Source: Marsupella aquatica (Eukaryota; Plantae; Marchantiophyta). Taken from it: 64,000 bases of DNA. The translations under genes and the position numbers were made by a program. This document shows positions 12,711 through 25,432 of the stretch, piece after piece. Position 1 is the first letter of the stretch. The number at the start of each line of letters is the position of its first letter. The notes under the pieces were generated by a model, which saw nothing but the letters and a program-made list of their open reading frames with translations, was not told the origin of the DNA and made no database searches. The stretch spans positions 2,062,457-2,126,456 of the forward strand of contig OZ316894.1 in assembly GCA_973895155.1 (NCBI GenBank), in the 5' to 3' direction.

Positions 12711-13417
12711 ACACTTTCATAGTAAGATTGTTCTCGCTGACAAGAGTCTAATTAAGATGCCCAACCCAAGCCTGTCCTTGGCAAAAGTAATAATGTCATC
12801 TCTCATGGAGTGCAGTACTCTGTGTCCAATTTCACTACAATAGCTTTCTATCTTGCTCATAATTTTAAAATCTAGTGCCAAAATTCCGGGCCCTAACTAC
12901 TGGTGGTGAGCTCAAGTCTCCAGCGGTGATTTGTGATTACAGGTTTTAATCACACGTTTGAATCTTGGTTGATTCTCCACCACACATTGTTGTTCTTGTT
13001 TCAGCTTTGGTGTGGCTACAGGTATCCTAACGTCAAAGAACAAGAAGATTCACAGAGACCAATCCCTGTAGAGCCATTAAATGTGCCTTAGTTCTCCCCC
13101 ACTGCCTACCTGGAAACCTACCCGACAATTTAACATTTTGGTTGAGGTCCTTGTCACTTTTCATACAGGAAATCTGGATTTGGTCACATTGTTTTGATCT
13201 TTTTGGTCTTGAACGGAAATGGGAAAGGACACTTGCAAGTCTCTCCCCACCCCAATAGTGACACTTTCTTTGTAGGGAACCCATTTCAGGGTGAGCCCAC
13301 AGATCAGACAGAACCCACACCAGAAGGGAGAGAGGATTATAGCAAGGCCACAAAGTGGACAACCAGGGGCTTAGTAGATAATATAAACTCCCATCCACTA
13401 CCCACAAAATCCATCCC

Positions 13418-13758
13418 TGTTGAGCATACGACATTCACAATGGTAAGCACATGACACATCCAACATGCAAGTAGTGGACACAAGAGATATGTGGTTCACC
13501 TCCTCGAGACTACGTCCACGGGAACACACAAGAGAACTTTATTGAACTCTAAGCACGTCGACCATACCAAGTCTCCACAGTGTAAGCTCTTCTCATCTCT
13601 GAAGTGGCTGTGTAACAATGAGCCTTAGTTCCACTTATCCTAGCAAGCACCGCTAGGATATAGTGTGCAACTTAGTTAACCTAACCATGTTTCCAACCAT
13701 GGTTAGCCTAACTATAGTTACATGTCGTAACCCTAGTTGTCAGAGTAAATACCTAACA
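13418..13758. mobile_element. Solo LTR (341 bp) with 5-bp target-site duplication
   Basis: Termini TGTT...AACA. Identical flanks ATCCC at 13413-13417 and 13759-13763. Homologous in inverted orientation to 46430-46755. Confidence 0.85.
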
Positions 13759-13794
13759 ATCCCACCCACACACATATACCCTCCACACCCATGT

Positions 13795-13863
13795 ATGTGG
13801 AGAGGGACTGAACTTGGGACCTTCAGTTGCAAGCTCATCCCCTAGCCAACTAACCTAGGCCAG
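13795..13863 (-). mobile_element. tRNA-derived SINE-like head (degenerate Pol III A and B boxes)
   Basis: Minus strand reads ggccTAGGTTAGTTGGctaggggatgagcttgcaactgaaggtcccaaGTTCAGTCCct, i.e. A-box-like and B-box-like motifs at tRNA spacing, without an intact cloverleaf. The solo LTR lies just downstream in its body. Confidence 0.45.
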
Positions 13864-14039
13864 TAGGTTTGGTCACATTGTAGTGCACCATATTTATATC
13901 TTGATTTCATTTTATGACATTTGAAGCATTCCCATGGGACATCTAACATTCAAAAGAAAAAGTTGAAGGATTAATGTTTGCAATCCAAAGAAACAAAGTA
14001 TTCATATTCAGGAAGTACACTTATTCTTCCGTTTCACTT

Positions 14040-14480
14040 ACATACACTCAATCTCATTAAGTATACCCAGTTGGCTATTTTATTTATTGACATGCAAAAA
14101 TTCTCAATGTGTGCGCAAGTTACTCTTCTTAGTTAGAACACACATGGTAGGGTTTCTCATTTAGTCATTGGAATTTATGTAGAGCTACTAAGCTCTTTCA
14201 CAAACATTTAGACATTCAGTCATTCTCATTCAGAACACACAAATACACTTTTGACTCTAATTATTCAATCCTTCTTATTTAAGGTAAACAATTCTCATTG
14301 ACAGAGTTATTGTTCTCATTGTTTCTTCTCAGTTATTGAGTCATTCTTATTACAGCACACACAGAGTTACTATTTTTCTTGCTTTACATCTCATTCCACA
14401 TGTTCAATCATTCTTATTGGTCCATAAAATTCTCATTTATGTAGGGTCACTATTCTCATTGCAGTCACATCTCATTGAGT
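14040..14480. repeat. Low-complexity array of TTCT(C/T)ATT motifs, probably the subterminal region of a decayed DNA transposon
   Basis: More than 10 irregularly spaced ttctcatt/ttcttatt motifs, all on one strand. Confidence 0.5.
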
Positions 14481-15639
14481 GTGTAAAATCAATCAAAAAC
14501 CCCTAACAATTGTGTAGAAAATTAGTATGATGAGTGGAAACAAGTGACTTGCCTTGTACTTGTTGTATGATAGGAATCGTTGTTGAGAATCACCTGGAGG
14601 GTTGATGCCGTGCCCTCCCAAGAAATGATGCCCCAAGAAATGACACCCTTTTTTTGTCAACTATGAACATTGCGCCTGGGTCCTCAATTTGAGGCATTGG
14701 CAAGTGCCAGGAACAAAAATCTACTGCACACGTGACCATTCTTGCCACAATGGGCAATGGGGCACAGAGAGTACTTTAGTGTGCAAAGTACCCTCAAAAA
14801 CATTAAACCTTCAGTGTGTTGTTCGAGCCTATGCATTGCACAGGGCACCCTGGAATGGAGAGATAAGGTTGAGTAACCCTAAAAGTACAATTAACATTAA
14901 ATCAATCTTAATAATGGACAATCGGGCAGGGGCAACATTCGAGTGTGAGAAAGCAAGCCCGGGCTGAAAATGTGACAGGGACCTCAACCAAAATGTTAAA
15001 ACATGGGGGAGGGTTTCCAGTACGCAGTGGGGGAGAACCGAGACACATTTAATGACTCTATAGGGATTTGTCTCTATGAATACAAGAAGTGGGACATCTG
15101 TACACAGGATCCGACAAGCATGAGCCCTGTAAGCATGAGACCCAAGAGGGCATGTCAATCCCCCAGTGCTGTCACCAGACAAACATGGACAATAAAACCC
15201 CCTCAAAACCTGAGCTAGAGCTCTTGTATTCCAGGGCATTATGGCCCACAATGGCCAATAAACAAGGTGTCACTATATTGTAAGATTTAGAACTCTAGGC
15301 TAGTGCCTTTGTAGCACATAAACCTACTCTCTGTTGCATTACATGTTTTTGTGAATGTTAAATCCTATTTACAGCCATTCCCTCACTCGTAACCTTTTTG
15401 ACACAATAACCATGGCAACATTTGTTTTGCAACTAAGTCACCCCCTATTGTCCTTTGGTTTTGGGACAGAGAAAACAGAAGGCAGAAAGGAAGGGGCCGT
15501 CACCCTCACTACAATCACTAGGGAAAAGAGGGTTTACATGCTTCATAAATCTCCCATGTCATTTTCTCTGTATATTTTTATGAATGGTGATGAGCCATAA
15601 CCCCCCTCCGGCCTGCCCAGGGGTTATGAGATTTTGGTC

Positions 15640-16291
15640 CCCTTGGCTAGCCTGCCTCAAGGGTTATCCTATTTCAGGTCAAAATAAAGCAAAACTACAT
15701 TTGAGCAGTTACTCTTGCTGACCAATACCCACGCTTGTCAACCAATACCCCCTCGAGCCGATTGCCCTCTAGGATTACACCCCATAAACCCCTCCAGCCA
15801 GCCCATGTGTTACACCACACTAAAACCGTAAAGGTAGAATTGTGGGCTAGCACCATTGCAGCACATAAACTGACTCTCCACAGGGATACCTCTTGTGGTG
15901 ATGACTAATCCCATTCACAGGTCATTCGCTCCCTCGCCCATGGCTAGCCTGCCTCAAGTGTTATCCAATTTCAGGCCCAATTTTCAGGTCCATCACCCAT
16001 GGCTAGCCTGCCTCAAGTGTTATCCAATTTCAGGCCCAATTTTCAGGTCCAAGTAGAGTAAAACTATGCTTGAGTGGTTAGTCTCATCAACCATTATCCC
16101 CTCTGGCTCACTGCCCTCTTGGACTATACCCCAGAACCCCCTCCAGCCCAGCCCATGGGTTTTCACCCTAATAAAAACCATAAACGTAGAATTGTGGGCT
16201 ACCGCCGTCGCACCATACAAACCGACTCTCCGCCAGGCTAGCTCTTTTCGGTGGATGAATAACCCCTTCCACAGGTCATTTGCTCCCTCGC
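15640..16291. repeat. Diverged ~300-350-bp tandem duplication (with a nested ~59-bp near-perfect duplication) forming the RPS15A upstream region
   Basis: tggctagcctgcctcaag.gttatcc.atttcagg at ~15644, 15942 and 16000; taaaacc.taaa.gtagaattgtgggcta and ttcacaggtcatt.gctccctcgc occur in both large units. Confidence 0.85.
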
Positions 16292-16359
16292 TCACCCTCG
16301 CATCCCCCTGTGACCCGTCTTCCGGCCCTGCAGACACAGTCCCTTCAGACGGACGAGTT

Positions 16360-16367
16360 TAGGGTTT
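16360..16367 (-). promoter_or_regulatory. Telo-box (AAACCCTA) just upstream of RPS15A
   Basis: TAGGGTTT at 16360-16367 (within GTTTAGGGTTTAGG), about 170 bp upstream of the ATG. Telo-boxes are an established feature of plant ribosomal-protein promoters. Confidence 0.65.
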
Positions 16368-16427
16368 AGGCTGAGCCCTCACTTCGCTCGAAACTCTCTT
16401 TGCGGCGTCTTCGTGTTTCGTCGTGGT

Positions 16428-16530
16428 TGTCGTCGTCGTCGTCGTCGGGCGCTCTTGAATCTCGATCGGTGCTGTGGTGTTGTGTTGAGCAATTCAGCAG
16501 CAGCAGCAGGCAGGCAGGCAGGCAGACAGG
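16428..16530. repeat. (CGT)n and (CAG)n/(CAGG)n microsatellites in the probable RPS15A 5' UTR
   Basis: gtcgtcgtcgtcgtcgtcg and cagcagcagcagcaggcaggcaggcaggcag read directly. Confidence 0.85.
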
Positions 16531-16539
16531 TAGGGCGCG

Positions 16540-17387
<848 letters not shown>

Positions 17388-19713
17388 GATGGTTCTGGTT
17401 TGCACTCGTAAGTGCGTCTGGGAGACAAAGGTTATCAACAGGTTATGCCCTAGCCTAGCACACATGTTGATACGGCACTACTAGATAGGATCGTGCGCAC
17501 AGCTGAGCCTCCTCATAGTTGTGCAATTGTAGGTATCACGGGTGCGGGCCAAATTTTTGTTCAGTGTACTTCTCACCTATGATTAATTGAAATCCACTCC
17601 AAGATATCTCCTTGGGATCTGCCCTGCGCTCGTGGATAATAGCTGCTGCAGCCGGTTTGATTTTAGGTTTGGGATGTCGAGCTGAATAAGTTTATAAAGT
17701 AAGACCCTCAAGGTAAACATTCCGTGTTTTGAGGTACGTCGATTGTGCTCGATGTGTTCCCATCCTATATTACTAGTGTTCAGAGGTTCTCCTCGCCGTC
17801 CAAAATTGCTGTTGTTTCATGAAGTGAGCCTTCTCAGGAATTACTACTCACAGAAGAATCACCGTGAACCCTTCATATAATCGATTTTAATAGGAAAGGC
17901 TATGGCGGAAAGAACGCAATTTGAGAGCAGGAACAAGAGTTGTACATGGCAGGTATCGAATGCTTGAGAAGGGGTTTTACGACAAATCAGTTGGGCAGGG
18001 TTCGCCTTTCGAGTCACCTAGTTTGAAAGAATGGATGATAAACGTCGATTGAAGGTTGAGTGAGTGCCATAATGTTGCAAATGTAACGCACATACAGGCG
18101 AAGGTTATGTGATTCCCGTAACCATGAAAAGATATTGCAATGCTCACACACGGACGTATAGGAATGAATTGGAATTTGTTTTCATTGTGCAAATTTGGAG
18201 CCCTCTGATCCTAGCTTGGGGAGTTTGATCGTAGCTGGCTGTAGACGAGGTTCATGGCCCATCGTGGGTCATGTAACCATTCCCGGGATGTCGGTAAGTT
18301 ACAAAATGATCCCTTCTACCAAACTAAAACAGACGGTAGCAGGAGGAGGGAAACCTAAAAGAAGGAAATTGGAAAACAACTTTGATTTCGATCATTCACT
18401 CTTAGACGGGTTTGTCTTGGAACCCGGCTCAGTCTACTTGTGACTCTAAAGGGTCTCAATTTTCTCTCGTGCTATAAAGTCTAGGTCTTCGGCACTCTTA
18501 TTTTTCTGTCCGTCCCGGTCTTCATGATGATATGTTTTTCATCTTCTAGATTCATACCCATCATTTCATCTTTTCCAATTCATGCCCATCGTTTCATCTT
18601 TCCGACCCATATCCGAGCTACTGGGTTAATGTCGAATTGACCATCCCCAAAACCGATAAAAGCTTCAGCTCGATAAATTCTTAGCAAAGCAGAACACTCC
18701 GCATTTGTTTGCTTATTGTACTCGATTTTCAACGATATATTTTGATGGAGCAGTAACTGGGGTCATCAGATTTCTGTCCAGAGGAACACAGGCATCACAG
18801 TGAGCCTTCGTCCAACTTATTGAGTTGTGAACGAGCGTTATGCGATTCACTCTTCCCATTGTTGCTATGACACTGGATACGAATAACATGATCATTCAAA
18901 TTAAATGAAGTTCTCGTGAGGGTTAAAAAGCGTCTGTATGCCGTTTTTCATCACGACACTCGAGACTAATAACAGCTATCAAATGCAAGAAATAGACTGG
19001 CCAAGTAGATCAGAATCGACATACAGCTCCAAAGCAAAATCGAAAAAGCCGGCCCTTTTCGATTCTTCGCTAAACCTCGTAATTTGTACACAAGACATGA
19101 CAACGACTACTGCCTAACTGTGAGAATGCTGTTTGAGGTCAACTTGTCCCTGCACAATGTAGATGTATGTAAATGGAAGGATGATACAATGCTCAGTCCG
19201 ATCACAGGCTGAAATTACTTAACAAAGAAAATACCAGGTGATTTCGTCCTCTCCAGCTGGACCAACCTGGTCTCTACCCTTCGGGAGCTCAGTTTGTCTG
19301 GAGGCCTAAACTCAATTTCACCTGGGTATTGAACACCCACTACTTAGTGTGATGCCAATCAAAGACTCACCCTGAACTTCAATGGAAGTACTTGTAGACT
19401 CTTGTGACTCACCCTGAACTTGAATCGAAGTGGTTTCAGACAATTTACTTACAAGTCTAATGTGTGGCCTTCTACTGAAGTATTCAGATCGTAAATGAAG
19501 GGTGGCCCTTTAACAATCGATCAGAATGTCCAAACCGTTGATTATGTATTCACTGTAGTTCCAGCGAGATACTGAAGATTTCTGTGGGTTACAGAGATTC
19601 TTTCAATGTGCCACACCTGGTTCAAGAAGTAGGATCCCTTGTCGTGCACAACATGACCAAAGACTTAGTAATATCTTCAGGATCAGATCTACTGACGAGA
19701 CCAAGACTTGAGC

Positions 19714-21338
19714 TTAAGACTGAACAACATCGTCATGGTCAGTTGTACTGACGAGCTCCGCCCATTCATCCAAGGACTTCGTTTGCTGCTCCAGGATTCC
19801 TCTACAGAAGCTCACAGCATCCTTCCCAAGCAGCAACCTCAAAGGCAATTGCCTGCCCTCGCCGCGGCCAGTCTTAGTCAAGACTTCCACCAGCAGTTGG
19901 GCTGCCTTGACCGGATCCCCGGGCTGCTTCGTATTGATGGCAGTTAAGCGCTCCTTGATAACATCCATGACAGGCCGAAGATCATCAATGACCTTCTCGG
20001 CATTGACCTTGCTTCCACCAGTCAGGAGATTGGTCCTGAAGTAGCCCGGCTCAATGATGGTGCACTCAATGCCGAGATGGGCATTCTCCAGCCGGAGGGC
20101 CTCTGTGATCCCCACCAGGGCGAATTTGGTGGCCGAGTAAAGGCCTGACCCAAGGCCACCACGCCAGCCACCAATGGAACCGAAATTCGCTATGACTCCA
20201 GACTTTTGAGCTCGCATGTGAGGGAGCACAGCTCGAATGACTGCCAATTGGCCGAAGACGTTGGTTTCGAAATGAGCCTTCACTTCTTCATCGCTGCGAG
20301 AGAGGGAGAGGTGAGGTAATGGACATCAGAATCAATAGCATAAACAACAAGCCCAAAATTAAGGGGTTGTGGAAACGGATATGTCTAGACGACAGAACCT
20401 ACCGTAGGCTTCATATCCTTTAAACAGCAGATCTTTGTGTATGAGGGGCGAAGGGAAAGATACGGCAAGCAATAAAATTTGTGAAAGGGGGCAAGTAGAG
20501 TATTTGAGCTTTGCTATCAATAAGCAAGAAAGAACAGGGGCAGGCAAGGAGAGGACTTGAGCTTTGATATCCTGTAAACAAGGACAGAATTTGGGAAGGA
20601 ACAAGCAGAGGATTTGAGCTTGATGTCTTGCCAGCAACCTAAGCATTTACAGAGGGGCCAGGAGAGGACATGAGCTTCGATATTCTGGAAGCAAGCTCAA
20701 ACACTGCATCTGAAGTGGGGCAAGGAAAGGATTTGAGCTATGATACCAGCTCAAGGTAAGAAGTTGAAGCGGGAGGCAAGCGAAGAATTTGAGCGTTGAT
20801 GTCTCACAAATGAGCCAAGGAAATCATTTAAATGGCTGCAAGCAAAAGTTGTGACGAGGTAGGGTCTCAGGTTGGACCCTTTTTTAGAGTTATTGGGCAT
20901 CAAGATGTTGAGAACCGCATAAACGAGAGTGAATTTGGAATCTGGACTATTTTTTTGACAACCAGCGATCACGAAGCCCGCTTTACATTCCATCTGGCTA
21001 CTGTAAATGAAACAGATTTTGAAGGAGTCTTGGTCTCGGGGAGAATTTCACCTGGTCTCCTCGACTGCACCCAGGAGGATATAAGCGGCATTATTGACCA
21101 GGATATCGATCCTGCCGTCGAGTTTCACAGCCTCGTCAATGACCTTCTGCACCTTTGCATCGCCTGCCGTTATGTCCAGAGTGAGCGTGGAGGCACCGGC
21201 AGCCTTCAAGCTCTCGAGCTTGGCAGCGTTGCGAGCTGTGGCAATGACCTTGTCACCCCGCCGAAGGGCAGCTCTCGCGAGCTCATTGCCAAAGCCGGAC
21301 GAGCAGCCAGTGATGAGCCAGACCTTTGCAGACGCCAT
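19714..21338 (-). CDS. Classical short-chain dehydrogenase/reductase (17beta-HSD-like), 288 aa; exons 21338-21052 and 20293-19714
   Basis: Rossmann motif VWLITGCSSGFG, NNAAY (NNAG equivalent), catalytic Ser (FGSIGG) and YSATK (YxxxK), IEPGYFRT. The phase-2 GT-AG intron joins GAVEETS/DEEVKAHFETNVFG in frame. Confidence 0.96.
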
Positions 21339-22493
21339 ACTCGTCGTTGTCGTTGGGGAGCTGGCCTAGAATTGGAATTGGTTCCTCTCGGAGTACTATG
21401 GAGATGGATTCCGTGTCACTCAGTGATGATAGTGGAGTCCTGTCTAGCGACGAAACGCTGCACATCGGAGGCGGACAAAAGGTTAAGATCAAATCGAGAT
21501 CTCGGAGCGGCACGAAGCCGAAACCGAGTATCGCTTTTACGAAGTGCGAGTCTGGTCAATGCAGCAGCTTCGTCTCTCCATAGCAGATGCAAATCTGCTT
21601 TACTCACCCGCATCGCAAGGACAGCAAAGATGGGGTTGAGGACGTGAAAGAAGTTAACGTTCTACGCAACGCGTCACAAAGGAGGAGAAGCACATCTCCA
21701 CATTATGGAGGGATTGAGCAGCCGTGGTCGTCAGGCCCCTACTCACTCTCGGAGGGGAATTGAAAACTGTGGAGCTCCGCAAGCTCGTTGAAAAAAAGCA
21801 GTGAGCAGTACGAATCGCTTCAGGAAACCGTGCAAGGAGAGGAAGTCTAGTGAATCATCCAATCTAAAATCCAAGTCATTGATTCATCGATATTCAATCA
21901 ATTGCAAAAATCATCCAAAGTCTCTGCACAGCTATCCTCTTCGTGTTTCACAGTCATTGTTGCCACAAAAACAGTTGTTCATGCATTTTCAATCGATGTT
22001 GCGATGAGTGACAGACCTCTTCCATTTCTTCAAATTGAAAGACTCCTACCTCTTTCGTTTCTTCAAATTGAAAGACTCCTCTGCTCCAGGCGCACAGAAG
22101 AAACTCCAAAACTCCAAAAATGTCTGGCGAAGTGTGGTAACGAGATTGTGGGGAGCAGGGTGCAGTCGACACACTGATGAGTTTGCACTACAATGTATAT
22201 ATAGTTGGGTCTTCGATTCTGCATCTTATTATTAGAGCTGATTTGGCTCTGGGCAAAGTGAGGTAAGCAGGTCAGCTTTGGGTCTGACGTGTGCGCAGTA
22301 GAAGAAAAACTGAAAAAGGCTTTAAATTAACGAGAAGAGCAGAGCAGAATGATCGAAAGTATAGGGTAATGAGGATTTTGGTCTGGGGTAAAGACGTAAA
22401 GTGCAAGGAATGAAGGAAGATCACAAGGAAGTTCACAACCATCTAAAGCGCAAGGAATGAATTGGGCCTTGGATTCTGGTTCTTTGGAAACTA

Positions 22494-22730
22494 CTGTAGG
22501 ATACCACCATGGTGGGCACAGTGCTCCAGTGACCACATTTTGGTGTTCCGTGGGAGGTTAGGGCTCATAGGTAGATGATTATGAGTACTATAACAACGTT
22601 TACTTTTGCTCTGTAGTATGTACCACCATGTTGGGCACAGTGCTGCAGTGACCACGTTTTGGTGTTCCATGGGAGGTTAGGGCTCATAAGTAGATGATTA
22701 TGAGTACTATAACAAGGTTTACTTTTGCTC
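22494..22730. repeat. ~120-bp two-copy tandem duplication
   Basis: taccaccatg.tgggcacagtgct.cagtgaccac.ttttggtgttcc.tgggaggttagggctcata.gtagatgattatgagtactataacaa.gtttacttttgctc twice. Confidence 0.95.
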
Positions 22731-23169
22731 GAGACATAAAATTACAGAAACCCAAATATGTCTAAAGTGAAGCCCGAATGGATCTCCATGTTGGACAGAG
22801 TGCTTTTTGGTGGTGTATGTGAGTTCTTGGTGGTCTATGGAGTTTTGGCTTATAACTTGATGATTATGAGTCTTAAGATAATTTTTAGTTTTTCACCTGC
22901 AAGGCAACTAGTGAAGGAGGAGACTTACAAAAAAACACAAGCCCTTATATTTCAGATGAACATTGATCTAATAAAATTTACCCATCTCCACTCCATGATG
23001 AATAACTCAACCAAAATGGTCAAAAAATTCCCTTTCACTTTGATGGAAGTGTAGCTTAACTACTCTTCCAGCACATGAACTCTTCAACTTATGAGCATCA
23101 AGAAATGTAATCCATGGGGGTTTCAAAAGAACCAGAGACCCAGATCTTACTATAAAGCGTGAACTGAAG

Positions 23170-23433
23170 TCTACTTTTAAGGGCCTAGGTCTAGAGTGAA
23201 GCCTCTAGACCATAACTCCCAATACAGACAAAACTGATGATGAGATTCATTGAGATTAAAATTTTAAACGAAGATGAACAAAAGTGACATTGACTCTAAA
23301 TAAAGATGAAACTGAAATGAGGATGGACAAAAAACAAGGATGGGGCAAAGGCTAACCAAAATAGCATATAAATTTATTGTGCAACATTTTTCTTTATATC
23401 TATTTACATTCAAGGAATGGGTCATGGGGCTAG
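23170..23433 (+). mobile_element. Probable short non-autonomous Helitron (dispersed repeat family)
   Basis: Starts TCTAC, ends CTAG followed by T, with a small hairpin CATTC-AAG-GAATG about 10 nt before the CTAG. Homologous segments at ~12390-12710 (inverted) and ~6980-7170; a similar 5' end at 25521 and similar 3' ends at 171-370. Confidence 0.55.
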
Positions 23434-25432
23434 TATTTCATACTAACACAATGAAAACTAATGTAATGGAATTTACCCTTCCTCATTCAACCAAAGTGGC
23501 CACAATTTCACTGTCATGGAAGTGTGAGTAGCTTATCTACTCCTCAAGCATATTTCCAAAACTAAAAAACATTTGAATTTATGAATATAAAGTTATTACA
23601 ATTAAACTCAATTTTGGGAAATGTGGTTCTTGGGGGGTTCAAGTTAGCTTCTTTGAGGTGATTTAACTCTGGACATCGAGAAGTGAGATTTGAGTGTGAC
23701 TAGTGCAGAAAAGAAGAAACAGGTGTGAAATAAATTTTGATGCTCCTATAGTGAATCCACATTTCAGATTTTGTCTTATTCATATTTTCAGTCATATATT
23801 TTTATTTTCAGTCTGCCTTTTTTCTAGGTGTATCATTTGTGTTATATAGATTAGGAATGAATTTTGGGACCCCTTTTAATTTTTTGCTGGACTCCTAGAG
23901 TATTTTGACTTCATTTTAACACCCCTCTTCACTTTTTAATCTTTGCTATCCTAAGCACATACTTTACCACTAATTTTAAACTTCTACCAGGAGAGAAGGA
24001 GTTTTACTTGTTTTCATAAGCAAGAGAAATGAATGATCTGAGAAGTGTGGACAACTAGTGTCTTAAGTTCCCCCCATGATTGGTTTACCTAAACTTATGG
24101 TTTTGATTGAATTGATTGTCATTACCTCAAGCAAGTGAGTATGTGTACCTTATGTGCACAACTATTAAATATTCCATAAGACTTGTACTTTTCCAGATCA
24201 TTGTGTGTATTTCTTTGCTTGTGCCCTACTTCTATGTTTGTATCCTACTTATTGTTAAAAGATACTATTTGCTTTGCATATACTATACCTCTATTATTGT
24301 ATTGTAAAAAAACTAGATCTCTTACACAGATCACTACAAGACAAAAGAGCAAAGCATGTTGCAAGCTGAACATGCTATATATGTTATATGCATAAAAGAA
24401 GAAACAGGTTTAGAATGAGGTGCAAGGAATAAACGAATGAGTTAGGCCCTGGATTCTGCTTCTTAGAGGTGATTACAGGATCTAGTTAGAGACCTAGATA
24501 AAGTTGGGCCCTGACCAAAAGTTACGGATTTATGGTCCACCTAGTTACCCTAGTTACAGGACCCAGTTTTGTATTTTATAAATGGGGGAGGCAACATTGA
24601 CTTGCCCCATGAGGCAGAGCTTATGGCCTTGCCTCAAATAATCTGATGGAATGAAGTCACCATGATCGAGTATCGACCCAAGCTGTGGCTAAGCTAGACG
24701 TACTTGTGTCTGACCAAAGGCACAAAAGACACCTGAGCCCAGGGTGAGGGGGGCCAGAAACCAAAGCACCACTTTGACTTGACCCCCACTCCCCCCCCCC
24801 CCCCCCTTCTTCCAACACACACACACAGGGAGAGTCAATACCAACAGACCTTAACCTTTCTTAAATGGGTCCAGATGAAACATGTCAAAATGTTCAAAGT
24901 GTGAAGCCAGTACTACAAGGAAACAAATAATATGTTTGTCTAGTACTATTGCTTTCAGGCTTGGATATGACACGACTCTATCTTTTGAAGCAGTCCAACT
25001 AGTAGAATCTTTGATAATTGCATTGGGATGTTAGTCCATGCAAGGCGGAGTGAGGTAGGGACCCTTGTTGGATAATTTTTCTGCAAAATGTGTACCAATT
25101 ATAGCAATGCAAGTTTAATTGCTCAGGAGAGTTTATAAATTCCTTTCTTTGTTAAGTCCATAACCCTCCATGCCACCTTGTGCAGTGGTTGAAGTCAATG
25201 GTTGAGATCCACCCCAACACCCTCAACAAATTAGATATTACAAAAAGCATACCCCCGAGCATACCAACACACACTGATGGGGCTTACGGTCTAGAGTTTA
25301 GGGTATCTATATATCTACAAATCTAATGTACCTATATAAGCGCAATCAAAAACTATCTATTGTATATATACAATTGCAATTGAAAGCTACTAACAGATTC
25401 TTCAAGTTTATTGTCTAGAGTGAATACTCTGT

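Noticed and set aside
13795-13863. Possible tRNA gene
   Set aside because: A and B boxes are degenerate and the acceptor and anticodon stems do not pair; treated as a SINE-like relic.
20832-21647. 271-aa + strand ORF overlapping SDR exon 1
   Set aside because: Antisense shadow; long antisense ORFs are common opposite GC-rich SDR genes and the peptide has no recognisable motif.
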